In this document: in pieces, positions 42,131-53,454 of the stretch | How the letters are laid out: the number at the start of each line of letters is the position of its first letter | How positions within the stretch are numbered: the first letter of the stretch is position 1 | Assembly: GCA_030141605.1 (NCBI GenBank) | Contig: JAQGDQ010000002.1 | Location: 1,178,001 to 1,242,000 of the forward strand | Reading direction: 5' to 3' | DNA length: 64,000 nt | Source of the DNA: Tubiluchus corallicola | Taxonomy: Eukaryota; Animalia; Priapulida | Notes under the pieces: generated by a model | Database searches by the model: none | The model's input: only the letters and a program-made list of their open reading frames with translations | What the model was told of the DNA's origin: nothing | Made by a program: the position numbers and the translations under genes

Positions 42131-45100
42131 AAGGTCTGCTTTTGTGCTTGACAGTCATGTGACTTTATTAGTCTGCTTTATTAGACTGGGTGTCATCCAC
42201 GGGACCCGAGTCACCGAATCTTTAAATTTAGAGACAGCCAAAGATCGAAGCAACAGGGCACGTAAGTACAGAATACGCAAGATGTCGTACACATAACAAT
42301 AATCAGTACAAAAAAAGAAACCCAAAAAACCAAACCTTAATACGTCTGTCATTCTTAATTTTCCTTTTATAATGTTTCTCCTCTCGTGAGATATCAGCAG
42401 TAATGCCGTAAAATATATGAATTCAGATTATAGCCAGACGCATCAAATAAATTTTATTCGCTTGTCACTGAAATATAAATTTATACCCAAGACTGGAAAT
42501 TAAATAACGGTGGGTCTGCATTGTGCTGCAGCTTGAAGCATGCATTGCAACAGTAATGTCAGTTCCAGTTGTTAGAATGTTAGTTTGCGGTATTTCGTAT
42601 TCTATAGGCCTAATGATATACGGTATTTACCGTATTAGATTTCAGGGCTTTGTTAGAACAAGAAAGAAAAGATTCGGAAACCGTTGAATTTTGAGTGTTG
42701 AAACGTGTTGAACGGAGGAGTGAAGTGAACATTTAGACCTAAAGTGGGCACAAAATGTTTAATGTTGGATAGGTGTACACAAATGCGATAAGCCGCATAC
42801 AGTAAATAAGAAAGATCATATAGTGTTACGTAAACTTAACAAAATGAGAACAACTACTTTTACCAGTAACAATTAACGAATATTATACAATTCAGCCTCA
42901 TTGATTTTGCTTCAATAACACAGCGGTAGTGGCTATAAGGCGAATTCAAATGGCGTCCCACTGGTCCAGCTTGGTCCCTGTTTGCCTTTCCCGTTTCTCT
43001 ATCATCACCGCAACGTTGATAACGCAACCTACATCACATAAGTCAGCATCATCATTACAACGACTCAATTTCTAAGAAACTGCCATAATTTTTTCACCCT
43101 CTCGTTCAATCCGTCATCTTTACAATTGACTTGTCATCAATCATCAGTCGTATTTACACAAACTGATGACATTATTACTTTATAATGGCCTCAGCGTTTT
43201 CTTGGGTCTGCCATTCTTACATACAGGTCCAATTCCAAAGCAAACCAGATTCGAATGAGAGACCATTTGTTAATCTGTTAATATGCGAATACCGAACAAG
43301 AATGCTCGGATTCTCGAAAAATCGAGGTTCACAAGAAAATGTTTTTGTTGGGGTCACCGATGCCTTTCAGTGATAGGTGGTGCCAGACTGCCAATAACAA
43401 TCAACTTCAAACATTTGGATTTAAGTCGCTTGGATATAGGCTTATTTTAGGGTTTACGAGTTTGGCCCTCTACAAGCCGGTGATACAACAATTAACGAAA
43501 AGGCCCATTTAATATAAATTTATGTAGTTGTGGCGGGACCTATCCTACAATGAGACAGTGAAGATAATGATGTCTTAAGCATGTTGACAGGCATCCTCCT
43601 TTTACAAAGTACACCCAAGTAGCACTATAGCAGACAAAATTGTTTAGGGTAGGTGAAACCGCCCAGAACCGCTCTGTAGGCCCGCCGTCTCTCTTATGAA
43701 TTGGTTTAGCGCTATTTAACTCTGATCGCTAAATAAGCAAAACAACAATTCAACTATCCCTCTGAGCTAGTCTGATGTGAAAAGTAAAAAAAGAAAAATA
43801 TATAAAAAGAAATTTTTGGACGGTACAGTTTCATAAAGGCTTAGGCGAAAACCCGGATAAGCTATTTGTGTGCTATGTTGTGTAGACTTACTCAAGTTAA
43901 TCACTCAGCAAGATAATGGCGTAAACTAATTACACTACAACAGAGCTAGTGAATATTGAGAAATTGCGTGACAGTTATACGGTATTATTATCATTATTAT
44001 ACTGATAATTTCAGGTATAACTTTGGGAGTTTACTCTGGACATTTGTTTGCCTGTTGATTAATTAACAGAATTCTCCAAAGTTCAACTAGACGAAGGCCT
44101 AACTTTTTATACTAAGAAAACGCACTGAAGGTGAAATTGGGAGGAACATTTAGAAGAATTGTGAGCTCTTACCTAGATCGATTATACGTTTTTGCATATT
44201 AATTATTCATTTTATCATTAAAACTTTTCGCATACCTTTAAACCAACTCTGGGTTAGAATTTAAAACAGTTAGGTAACTGTTGAAAATTAACATATATGT
44301 TTTTGTTCAAGAAGAAAAGTTTTTAATTTTTTGTGCATCAGATAATGCCACCTTGCCGCTAAAGTTCTTAATAAGTTTTCAACTTTTTAGAAGTTCTTTC
44401 TCCATATTTATAACTGCATCTAAGACACATTAACTGTCCTGGTACATGTCTGTACATATTTTTCTCTTACTTTATTTCAAGCGTTTACCCATAGAGCAAT
44501 CACAATATTTAAAATCGCAAAAGTGTAATATACATGATTATGATTATAGCCTTACAAATGCTCTAGAAACAACGACCACTTGTATTTGTCATAAACATTT
44601 TCACAAAATTACAAAACTCATTGTTCCGCTGAGCTAATATTGATTATATATATATATATATATATCGTTATCGTTCAATGTATATAGTTGATATGACTTT
44701 GTTGTTTTCAGGTATCCTCTTTTGGTGGTTTCCTCAGGCATCCACATAGGTGGTTTATAGTTATAACTGAATTTAAGGTCTCTCGAATTGCGTCAGGATA
44801 AAATTGTTTTATGTGCCTAAATAGTACGGATAGACAGATACATTTATAATTTTCGCGACTAAAGCTGTAACTGGTCCCATCATTTTCGATGATTTACACA
44901 TTGAACGAAAGGTCTTGATCTATTCTTGATCTATTAAAATAATAATAACCCACATTTGCACCCTTGGACTGTGCGCGCCCTTGTGTGTCAATAACAGCAA
45001 TGTCAACCGGTGAATAAAGTAACCCGCCGGCAACGGTCATGTCCACCTATCTGCAGCTTCATTGTGCACTACGCGGTGTTCATGATCTATTTCCTGTCTG

Positions 45101-45564
45101 GTCAGAGTAAATACATTTGGCTTCATTGGTACGCAAACTGCGGCGCGTTCAAAGGAACACTAGGCAGATTTAGCGCTACTGATAATTGGATAAACACTGG
45201 CATCAAAGTCAATCAACCTGACTTAGCAAGTTCAGTCAAGGAAGATTTATGTGTGTTTTGTTATTTAAATAAAAGTGCTTTGTGTGAAGAGATGAGTCCA
45301 GAGATTTGTGATTGAGACATTGCTATGGTGACTAGTGGAGTTTGATTTCCTAAGGACAGGTGTATATATAGAGTTTTCAGACTCGTGTTTATTACACATA
45401 TAATGTATGCAATTTCTTATAGGCTCTCAGTTTTTCACATTTTTCAGACCTGTGTGACCTTAGTAACCACTAATATGTGTTTTTTTCATGGTAACTTATT
45501 TCTGTGCCCACAGAAAGTCATCCTGCGTTTTTTATTTGTTCAATGACCTTGCTAAAAGTTCAAC

Positions 45565-46147
45565 TTAGGGGAAACAGGGTGATTTTTCATATCCTGTCCC
45601 ATTTTGAAGTACGGTAAAAATGTGTTCAATACCTAAAGCAATGCCAAAGCGTTTCTGATAATGAAATAATAGATTCAAAACTTAATTAACAACCGAGAAG
45701 TCCAATTAGTAGTGATGATATCACAACTGAACATAATTTTCAACATCAGAAACATTCGATGAGCGTGTTGCATGTGTAGGGCGAAGGCAATAATTGAAAT
45801 ACAATGCTACTATACAACATGCAATATGATATACAAAAATCGGCAAATTCTAAGTTTAAAATACAAATCTCCAGTGTTCACACATGAGCTCTCGAACATG
45901 TGCACTACGTCACAGCTTAACACTTTTTTGTGCAATGGTTTCCGAGATGCAGGCGCTAATGCCCATCTAGCAAGTAGCGAAATGCACGTAACTGGGAAGA
46001 ACTAGCCGCTCAAACGCGAAATTACCATTTTGCGGTAATAATTCCGTCACGTAAGTCATTTTGAAAAAATATTGTGCTCCCTTTTGATATTTTATGGAAT
46101 AGATTCTTTTGACTTATACTTTAAGATTGGCTCCGGTTTTCCTTTAA
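45565..46147 (+). mobile_element. Kolobok-like non-autonomous element, copy A (~580 bp)
   Basis: Termini TTAG|GGGAAACAGG ... CCGGTTTTCCT|TTAA (short TIR, TTAA-type flanks). Homologous to 25819-26080 and to 46304-46909. Confidence 0.72.
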
Positions 46148-46303
46148 GGCTCTGCGTCTACCCGCCTCTGCCTTTCTGAAAACCCATAATCGCATGCTTT
46201 ACAAATCTCCAACTATGGTCCAACTTCCGTGACTGATTTTTTCTTTAAAGGAGATTGGACGCGGCTTTCCTTTAAGGCTCTGCGCCCGTGATTTATTTGC
46301 TCT

Positions 46304-46909
46304 TGAAAGGAAAACCTGACACAATCTTAACCTAAGCTCAAAAGAATCTACTCCATAAAATATTGAAAGAGAACATGCTATTTTTTCAAGAATGACTTAC
46401 TTGAAAGAACTATTACCATAGAAATTTCGTGTTCGCGCGACTAGTTAGTTCTTCGTTGTTACATGCATTTCGTCATTAGTTAGTTGGATGAGCACTAGCA
46501 TCTTCATTTCGGAAGCGCGTTGCCCAAAACTGGTGTTGTACCTCTTAGCGTTAGAGGTGTTCAGTTGTGACGTGGTGCACATGTTCGAGGCTCATGCGCG
46601 AGCAAAGCGAGAAACTTAACTTGAAATTTGAATTTTAAATTTAAAATTTGCCGAGTTTTTGTATATCATACTGAATGTTGTACAGTAGCACTGTATATAG
46701 ATGCAACACGCTCGTGGAATGTTTGTGCTATCGACAGTTATTTTCAATTGTGACTTCATCAATAGCTGGTTACACCCGCCATTAATTATGTTTTTAACCT
46801 ATTATTTATTTATCAGAAACGCTTTGACATTAATATAGGTGTTAAAATGTATACTTTTATCGTACTTCAAAATGGGTAGAACATGAAAAATCATGCTGTT
46901 TTCTTTTAA
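46304..46909 (-). mobile_element. Kolobok-like non-autonomous element, copy B, inverted relative to copy A
   Basis: Termini TGAA|AGGAAAACC ... CTGTTTTCTT|TTAA. The reverse complement shares blocks with copy A, e.g. atcagaaacgctttg, gtgcacatgttcgag, tttgccga..tttttgtatatcata, aatgacttac and aaaagaatcta.tccataaaatat. Confidence 0.72.
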
Positions 46910-48151
46910 AATCTGGTTAACACAAGTCACGTTAGACAAGCAATTCCGTTTTTATTATTGTCGGTCTTGTCTAACGTGTCTGATCAGTAAGTGACTTGCT
47001 CCATATTTCTTAAGGCGTTCTTGGAAATGTTTACAGTTGTGGAGCGACTGCGCTATACGAACATCATCGCCCGCGCTTATCAATCATCGTTCATAATTTT
47101 TCTATTTTTACGTTTATTTACGACTTTTTATTCATAAAATCTACAATGGCCGCTCAGATTGAATGTTGTGTAATGTGTGTGCATCAGTAATAAAGATGGT
47201 AGAAATTTCCGCTTACCGCTAAGCTTAATAGCTAATAAATAACGCACTCGCAGCTCGACGCACTTTAGCAAAATAAATGCGAAAATGAAAATGAATAGAA
47301 AGCGGGAAAAACTGCGAGAAAATATTTAGCTAACAGCCACATGTATCTTGGCAACTGACACTGTACAGACTGTAGAAGAGATTTTACATAATGAATATAG
47401 AAGAAACTGTATAGTTATCATTAATTATTATGGTCTTGTCAAGATTATTATTAATGATGGTAAAGATTCACAATTGATTAAATTTTGATAACAAACTTGA
47501 AAAGACACGAGATGCGAAATAGTTTCAAAACAGCGTGGATTTGAACGAGGATCTGTGTATAAGGCAACTGTCCAGAGTTCATCCCGTATAGATGGCCAAC
47601 CAAACTTAAGATTTTGCCAATGTTAAATCGCTCATTCTAATCGTTTACTGATTTTAACTAATTAGACTATTTTTTGTATAAAATTTTGAGCCTGAAAATT
47701 TTATATTCAAGGCCGCGGAAATGTCGGAGAGTTGTTGGGATTCGAAACCCTAGCGTGTTACTGATTACGGTATCTGGCATGCTTTTTTTCGTTTGTTTGG
47801 GGTGCCTGTGTATTAATTAGCATGTTTTTAACTGTTTTTCTCTCACGAAAACGCTGTAAATTCGTCAGATCACTGGAATAAACGATGTAAAAGAACGTTT
47901 AGATTCAGGCGAATTTTTGTTTAATGGTGAATTAAATGCCAGGCAGTTAGTAAGTTACATGTGCAATGTTGTAAGCACAAATACGCAAAATCCGTTTCTG
48001 AAAATCTATAACTGAATACTTTTACCTTTTAAGTATAGATCATTTAGTATATATATATATATTCAACCTAGACAGTAAGGCAGTATGTAATAATTAAGTG
48101 AGATCTTGTTAATAACTTTATTTCTTTTTAACTGTAGGAAGCCAGATCATC

Positions 48152-48205
48152 ATGGAGGACTGCAAAGCTGGAGTCAATGAAATCCGTTACACGCCAGCCA
48201 CTAGG
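48152..48205 (+). CDS. SLC1A2: Putative first coding exon of the SLC1A2-like transporter (MEDCKAGVNEIRYTPATR)
   Basis: Acceptor tttttaactgtAG ends at 48137, ATG in a good context (atcATGG) at 48152, and a phase-0 donor AGG|GTAAAC that matches the next exon. No homology support for this short peptide. Confidence 0.55.
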
Positions 48206-48688
48206 GTAAACTCATAAAAGCTTTAATAATTAATGTTAAGCAATTAATTACGCTATTGCAAGAGGAAGAAGTACGTGTGGTGGTAAATGAAGTGAGCGAA
48301 GATTGCAAAGGCGCAAAGCTGTACAAGTTGAAAATGACTAAGTTATTTTTTCTATGGATGTCACTGTAGTCTATACATAAGAACGGAATACGTAACTATA
48401 ATACTAATAGATTTGTGGAATACAATAAGCAAACTCCAGACAATCTGACAAACTTCTAGAGACTGTTTTTTTTCTTATACTAATATGCAGTGATGGAATT
48501 GTGATTTTGAACTAGTAATGCGTTATTCGAAAATTATTAAATATAACGAATAGTAAAGTTACTACGTTATGAAATGAAGAGTCATAAAATTACTATTTTG
48601 ACATAACCACTGCCAGTATTTTAAAATAATGAGTTGCTCCTTTGAAGTTGAGCTAATAAACTTGCAAAGTCTTTAGAAAATTACTAGA

Positions 48689-48741
48689 TAATAGTAATAA
48701 TAATAATAATAATAATAACAATAATAATAATAATAATAATA

Positions 48742-48786
<45 letters not shown>

Positions 48787-48793
48787 GTGATGG

Positions 48794-48860
<67 letters not shown>

Positions 48861-48875
48861 AATAATAATAATAAT

Positions 48876-48951
<76 letters not shown>

Positions 48952-48952
48952 T
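48689..48952. repeat. Compound microsatellite (AAT)n-(GAT)n-(AAT)n
   Basis: Seen directly; the GAT block spans ~48744-48860. Confidence 0.97.
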
Positions 48953-48976
48953 TGATATAAGACAATGTCCGACTAT

Positions 48977-49075
48977 ATTTTGTCCTTCCTTGTATGACAT
49001 TTAATGTGTTGAAAATAATTCGAGACTCCCGAATTATTAACAACACATTAAATGTCATACAAGCAAGGACAAAAT
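48977..49075. repeat. 99-nt near-perfect palindrome
   Basis: 49-bp arms with 4 mismatched positions (including a 2-nt mismatch) and a 1-nt centre. Confidence 0.95.
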
Positions 49076-49081
49076 TTTAGA

Positions 49082-51339
49082 TCACTGTTGACGTTATAAT
49101 GCCTTACAACGTGCACCCCTGTGCGATGCAGACCACAACATGATCTACCTGGTTCCAAAATATAAACAGCAGTTGAAGCGTGAGAAACCTGTCAAAAGAG
49201 CAGTTACAGTGTGGTCCAGTGCAGCCACTGAACGTCTTCAATACTGTACAGACTGGAACATCTTCACAAATTCCTCAGAGTCAATCAAAGAATGCACGGA
49301 TGCTATTGTTGAGTATATGAAATTTTGTGAAAAGATCTGCATCCCAGCTACGACGGTGGTACTTAATCCTTATAAAAATTTGTGGTTCAATGGCTCTATT
49401 TCGTCTAAAGTCCGGGCGAGACAAATAGCCTATAAATCTGGTGACCAGCAGCAATACAAAATCGCGAAGTATGATCACCGGAAATCAATCAAGTCTGCCA
49501 AACGTGATTTTAACAACAAATTGGAGCAAGACTTTTTGTCTAATGAAACTCGAGAACTTTGGCAAGGACTAAATAAAATTACGAATTACAAACCGAAATA
49601 AAAATATATTAACTTAGACGACCCAACTTTCCCGGATAAACTGAATAATTTTTACAGTCGTTTTGATAAAGAAACGGGACCATTATTAGATTATTTGAAT
49701 AAGTCAACTTACAATAACACTCCATCTCTTGTTATACAAGAAAACGATGTGCGGCGACAGTTTGCTAAGCTGAAAGTTAAAAAATCAGCAGGACCAGATC
49801 GTGTAACACCGCGGCATGTGCGATACTGCTCTTATCAACCTGCCTATATCTTTACTCATATTTATAATTGGTCTTTAAGCATTTAAAAATTGCCTAAACA
49901 GTTTAAGCAATCTATCATTATCCCTGTGCCAAAGAGAAACTCAGTTACTACATTTAATGACTATAGACCTGTGGCTTTAACATCAGTACTAAGCAAAACA
50001 CTAGAACGTTTGATCTTACATTTCCTGAAATCTGTTGTTTCACCATTTTTGGACCAATTTCAATTTGCATATCGTGCTATTCGTTCCACAGATGATGCTG
50101 TAGCTCTTGTTGTTCGTGATGTACTAATTGTGATGTACAACACACCTTGATAAAAGTAATTGTTGTGCCAGAATCCTTTTCGTTGATTTCAGTTCAGCTT
50201 TCAATGCTATTCTGCCACTAAAATTGTATTACAAAATGACGGAACTCAACATACCTGACTGGCTGTGTAGTTTCGTACTTGAGTTCTTGACAGGGCGATC
50301 ACAGATTGTCAAGATAATTAATGGAAACACTACCATTTTTTCAACTTCTAAGGTTAATACAGGAGCTTCTCAGGGGTGCGTCCTGTCTCCAATTCTATAC
50401 ACGTTGTTTACATATGTATGTCTATCTATACATCTATATCTATCTATCTATATCTATGACTGTGAAGTATCTTTCCCAATACTATGATGGTAAAATTCGC
50501 TCATGATACCACACTGGCTGGCCTTATTTGCAGTAACAACGAGACTAATTATTTTCAGGAAGTTCAAAATTTAACACGCTGGTGCGAACAGAATAATTTA
50601 GAACTGAATGTTTCAAAAACAAAAGTAATTATCATAGATTTTAGAAAAGAGACTGATGGAAAAGCACCTTTGCTTATAAATAATACAGCTGTAGAAATTG
50701 TAAAAGATTTCAAATTTCTGGGAATAATAATTTGAGATGATCTTAAATGGGAAGCTAATGTGCTCTGTTGTGTAAAAAAGGGCCGCCAGCGTTTGTACTT
50801 TTTAAGACAACTCAAATAATTTAACTTTGCCCCTGCTATGACGGAGAGTTTTTATCGTGCAGTAATTAAAAGGATTTTAACAACATCCCTCACTGTTTGG
50901 TATGGCGCTACCACGCAGGGAGATCGCAATGCTCTTGATCAAGTTGTTAAATCCGCCGCAAAAATAATAGGAGTTTAACAGCAATCTATGGCATATTTGT
51001 ATGAAACTAGGGTCGCAAAGAGGGTGCAAGTTATCATGAAAGATGAATTCCATCCAGGTAATAAATATTTTGAAATGCTTCCCTCTGGTCGTAGATTCCG
51101 CTCAATTAACGCTAAAACCAAAGAACTTTAAATTCTTTCTACCCCGTTGCAATTCGCACCATCAACAGTAAATTTCAGTAAATCTTCAATATTAATTCTT
51201 TGTGTCACTGTACAACTGACTGAATTATTTGTGATAATCTCCTTGTTGTTTCTATAAGTTACTGCAGCACGTAAAACCACATAGATTTCATTGTATGTAT
51301 TATGCTATAATGACAATAAATTGCTTACTTACTTACTTA
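49082..51339 (+). mobile_element. Rex1/Babar-type non-LTR retrotransposon: 5'-truncated, mildly decayed ORF2, in a transporter intron
   Basis: 'DHNMIYLVPKYKQQLKREKPVKR.V..WS...LQ..TDW', 'KSAGPD', 'NDYRPVALTSVLSKTLERL', 'DQFQFAYR..RSTDDA', 'LFVDFSSAFN', 'GASQGCVLSPILYTLFT', 'KFAHDTT', 'FKFLGI', 'QRLYFLRQL' and 'HPGNKYFEMLPSGRR'. AATAAA is followed by a (TTAC)n tail at ~51315-51339. Several stops and frameshifts. Confidence 0.88.
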
Positions 51340-51615
51340 TGTGATGCATTTTTTGTTCGAATTTATGTAGTATTTCAATTTCAATTCAATTTTTATTTCA
51401 ATCTAAATTATTATAGTTCCCCGGTTTTAACACATAAATTTTCGCTCAGTTAAGTAAGCGGCTAAGGTGTATGTCCGGTATTTTACGTCAATCGAAACGC
51501 ATAATTATAATGAAACGCTAACTTCTGTCACTCATTCGGTAAGACAATCGTATTATCCTCCCCTTTGCATTAAAGTCATAGCCACAGTCTTAAAATTCTT
51601 TTTCTTTTTTTCGAG

Positions 51616-51901
51616 TTGAAAGGCTGTTGCTTGACGACTGCAACTCGCACCGGAACTTGTTGCCTGTCCTGCCTTACCAGAACGAAGGTTTGCTGTGTTG
51701 CATTCACAAAATGGCAGCGAGAAAATCTTCTTCTGGTCATGACAATATGTGGAGTTTTTCTTGGAATTCTACTGGGTGGATTAGTTCGCCTGACCACACC
51801 CACAGAAGATACTATAATGCTCGTGGCGTTTCCTGGTGATATTCTCATGCGCATGCTAAAGATGATGGTACTTCCCCTAATCGTCTCTTCTCTTATCTCA
51901 G
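51616..51901 (+). CDS. SLC1A2: Excitatory amino acid transporter (EAAT2-like) exon: N-terminus, TM1 and TM2
   Basis: '[20 protein letters not shown]...[26 protein letters not shown]'; donor G|GTAAAT, phase 1. The 5' boundary is uncertain (GAG acceptor at 51615, or CAG at 51680). Confidence 0.9.
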
Positions 51902-51969
51902 GTAAATAAATAAAAGAGCAAATAAACAACGAACAAATTGGTGGAGGATGGACTCGCTGAGTAAGAGCG

Positions 51970-52145
51970 TGACCAGTTGACTGTCCGTATTTACTACTGA
52001 CTGACTATCTTGTTGACTGGTTGGCTGATTCATGGACTGACAAATGAATGAATGTTTGACTGACCCACTAACTAACTGGTTGATTAACTGAATGAATAAA
52101 CAACTGAACATTTAGCCAACTGACTGGCTTGCTAGCAGACTGCTT
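51970..52145. repeat. Degenerate (ACTG/GACT)n tetranucleotide repeat
   Basis: Recurrent gactg/actgactg/aatg units. Confidence 0.7.
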
Positions 52146-52330
52146 GTCAACAGATAGCTTACTTAAGCAGATACCCCAAGTCTTGTATTTAACAGTATTT
52201 CAAGAAGGCATTACCAGTGTATACAATGATTATTCATTCTTTAGTTTATTCATTTTTATCGTCTCATTTCCTGGAAACCTGTACAATTTTTCACACTTGT
52301 TGATTTCTAATTTGATTTCAAAACTTGCAG

Positions 52331-52423
52331 GTTTAGCTCAACTTGACGCAAAGTCGTCGGGGAAGATGGGCTCAAGAGCTCTGCTGTATTACTTCACTAC
52401 AACTATGATTGCTGCTATCATAG
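52331..52423 (+). CDS. SLC1A2: EAAT2-like exon (TM3)
   Basis: ttgcAG|GT TTA; 'GLAQLDAKSSGKMGSRALLYYFTTTMIAAIIG'; |GTAAAA; 93 nt, phase 1-1. Confidence 0.93.
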
Positions 52424-53280
52424 GTAAAATAATAATGTTAGGTCTGCTTATAAACATTATTAAAGGAATGCGCTACTATTTTTAAAAGCGTCTTCGTTTC
52501 TTGTTGGTGCATGTTACAACTGATGTGGTAATCAACGCCCGATATTGTAATACAGAAAACATTAACGCATATTATAATAAAAATCAACACAATGTAATAA
52601 CTAACCGATAATGTAATAAAAACCTAGCAAATAATGTAAGATCCCGAAAACGCATCATGTACTAACAAAAAGTTTAACAAAAATTCTAACTCAAATGGCG
52701 TTTGCCAGACATCAGAATGCGTATGCGTTATGGCGCATTCAGATATAGAGACTTCTCTCGCAACTTCTGTCTGAGAGTAAAATTGCTACGTACTGACCTT
52801 CAACTCAGTGTATAGCGGTGTTAAAATACTAAAAACGGTCATAATTTGGACAAGCTCGTGTGTTCCACTATAATATTTTACTGTTACATAATAATCAGTA
52901 AGTAATTGCCTCAGGTTCTGCTAGAGGTTATGCATCCATCTGCTGATTTGGGACTATAGGCAACTGTCTGTATTTCATTTGCATACAAAACGTACAATTT
53001 TATAAAAGCGGGAAGCCAGCAGGCTTAATTAAAGCACATATGCTGATCATTTAGTTAGAGCAAAATACTAAATAAAGACAAAAATAAAATACAGCCTCTC
53101 ATTGCATTTATAATTATTGCGTAAATTATAATTTGTAACTATTTATAAAGGTTTTGAAAAATTTATCAAACTTTCCCAAGAGAAACTGAAATGGATATAT
53201 GATCATATTTCATGCTGATTGCTGACCCATTATCAGAGAGAAATGGTTTTAGCGACGATTTCACGTAAAAAATGCACAAC

Positions 53281-53366
53281 GAGAGGTGAAGGGCTCGAGA
53301 GAGAAGAGAGAGAAAGAGGGGGGAGAGGGAAAGGGAGAGGAAGGGAGAAGGAGTAGGGCAGGGAGA

Positions 53367-53452
<86 letters not shown>
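53281..53452. repeat. Purine-rich tract and (GA)n microsatellite
   Basis: Seen directly in the sequence. Confidence 0.95.

Positions 53453-53454
<2 letters not shown>

Noticed and set aside
42960-43400. Possible minus-strand RT fragment ('DDADL')
   Set aside because: Only one weak motif is visible; too degenerate to call without a search.
48653-49058. Poly-Met/Ile/Leu/Ser ORFs
   Set aside because: Translation of the (AAT)/(GAT) compound microsatellite.
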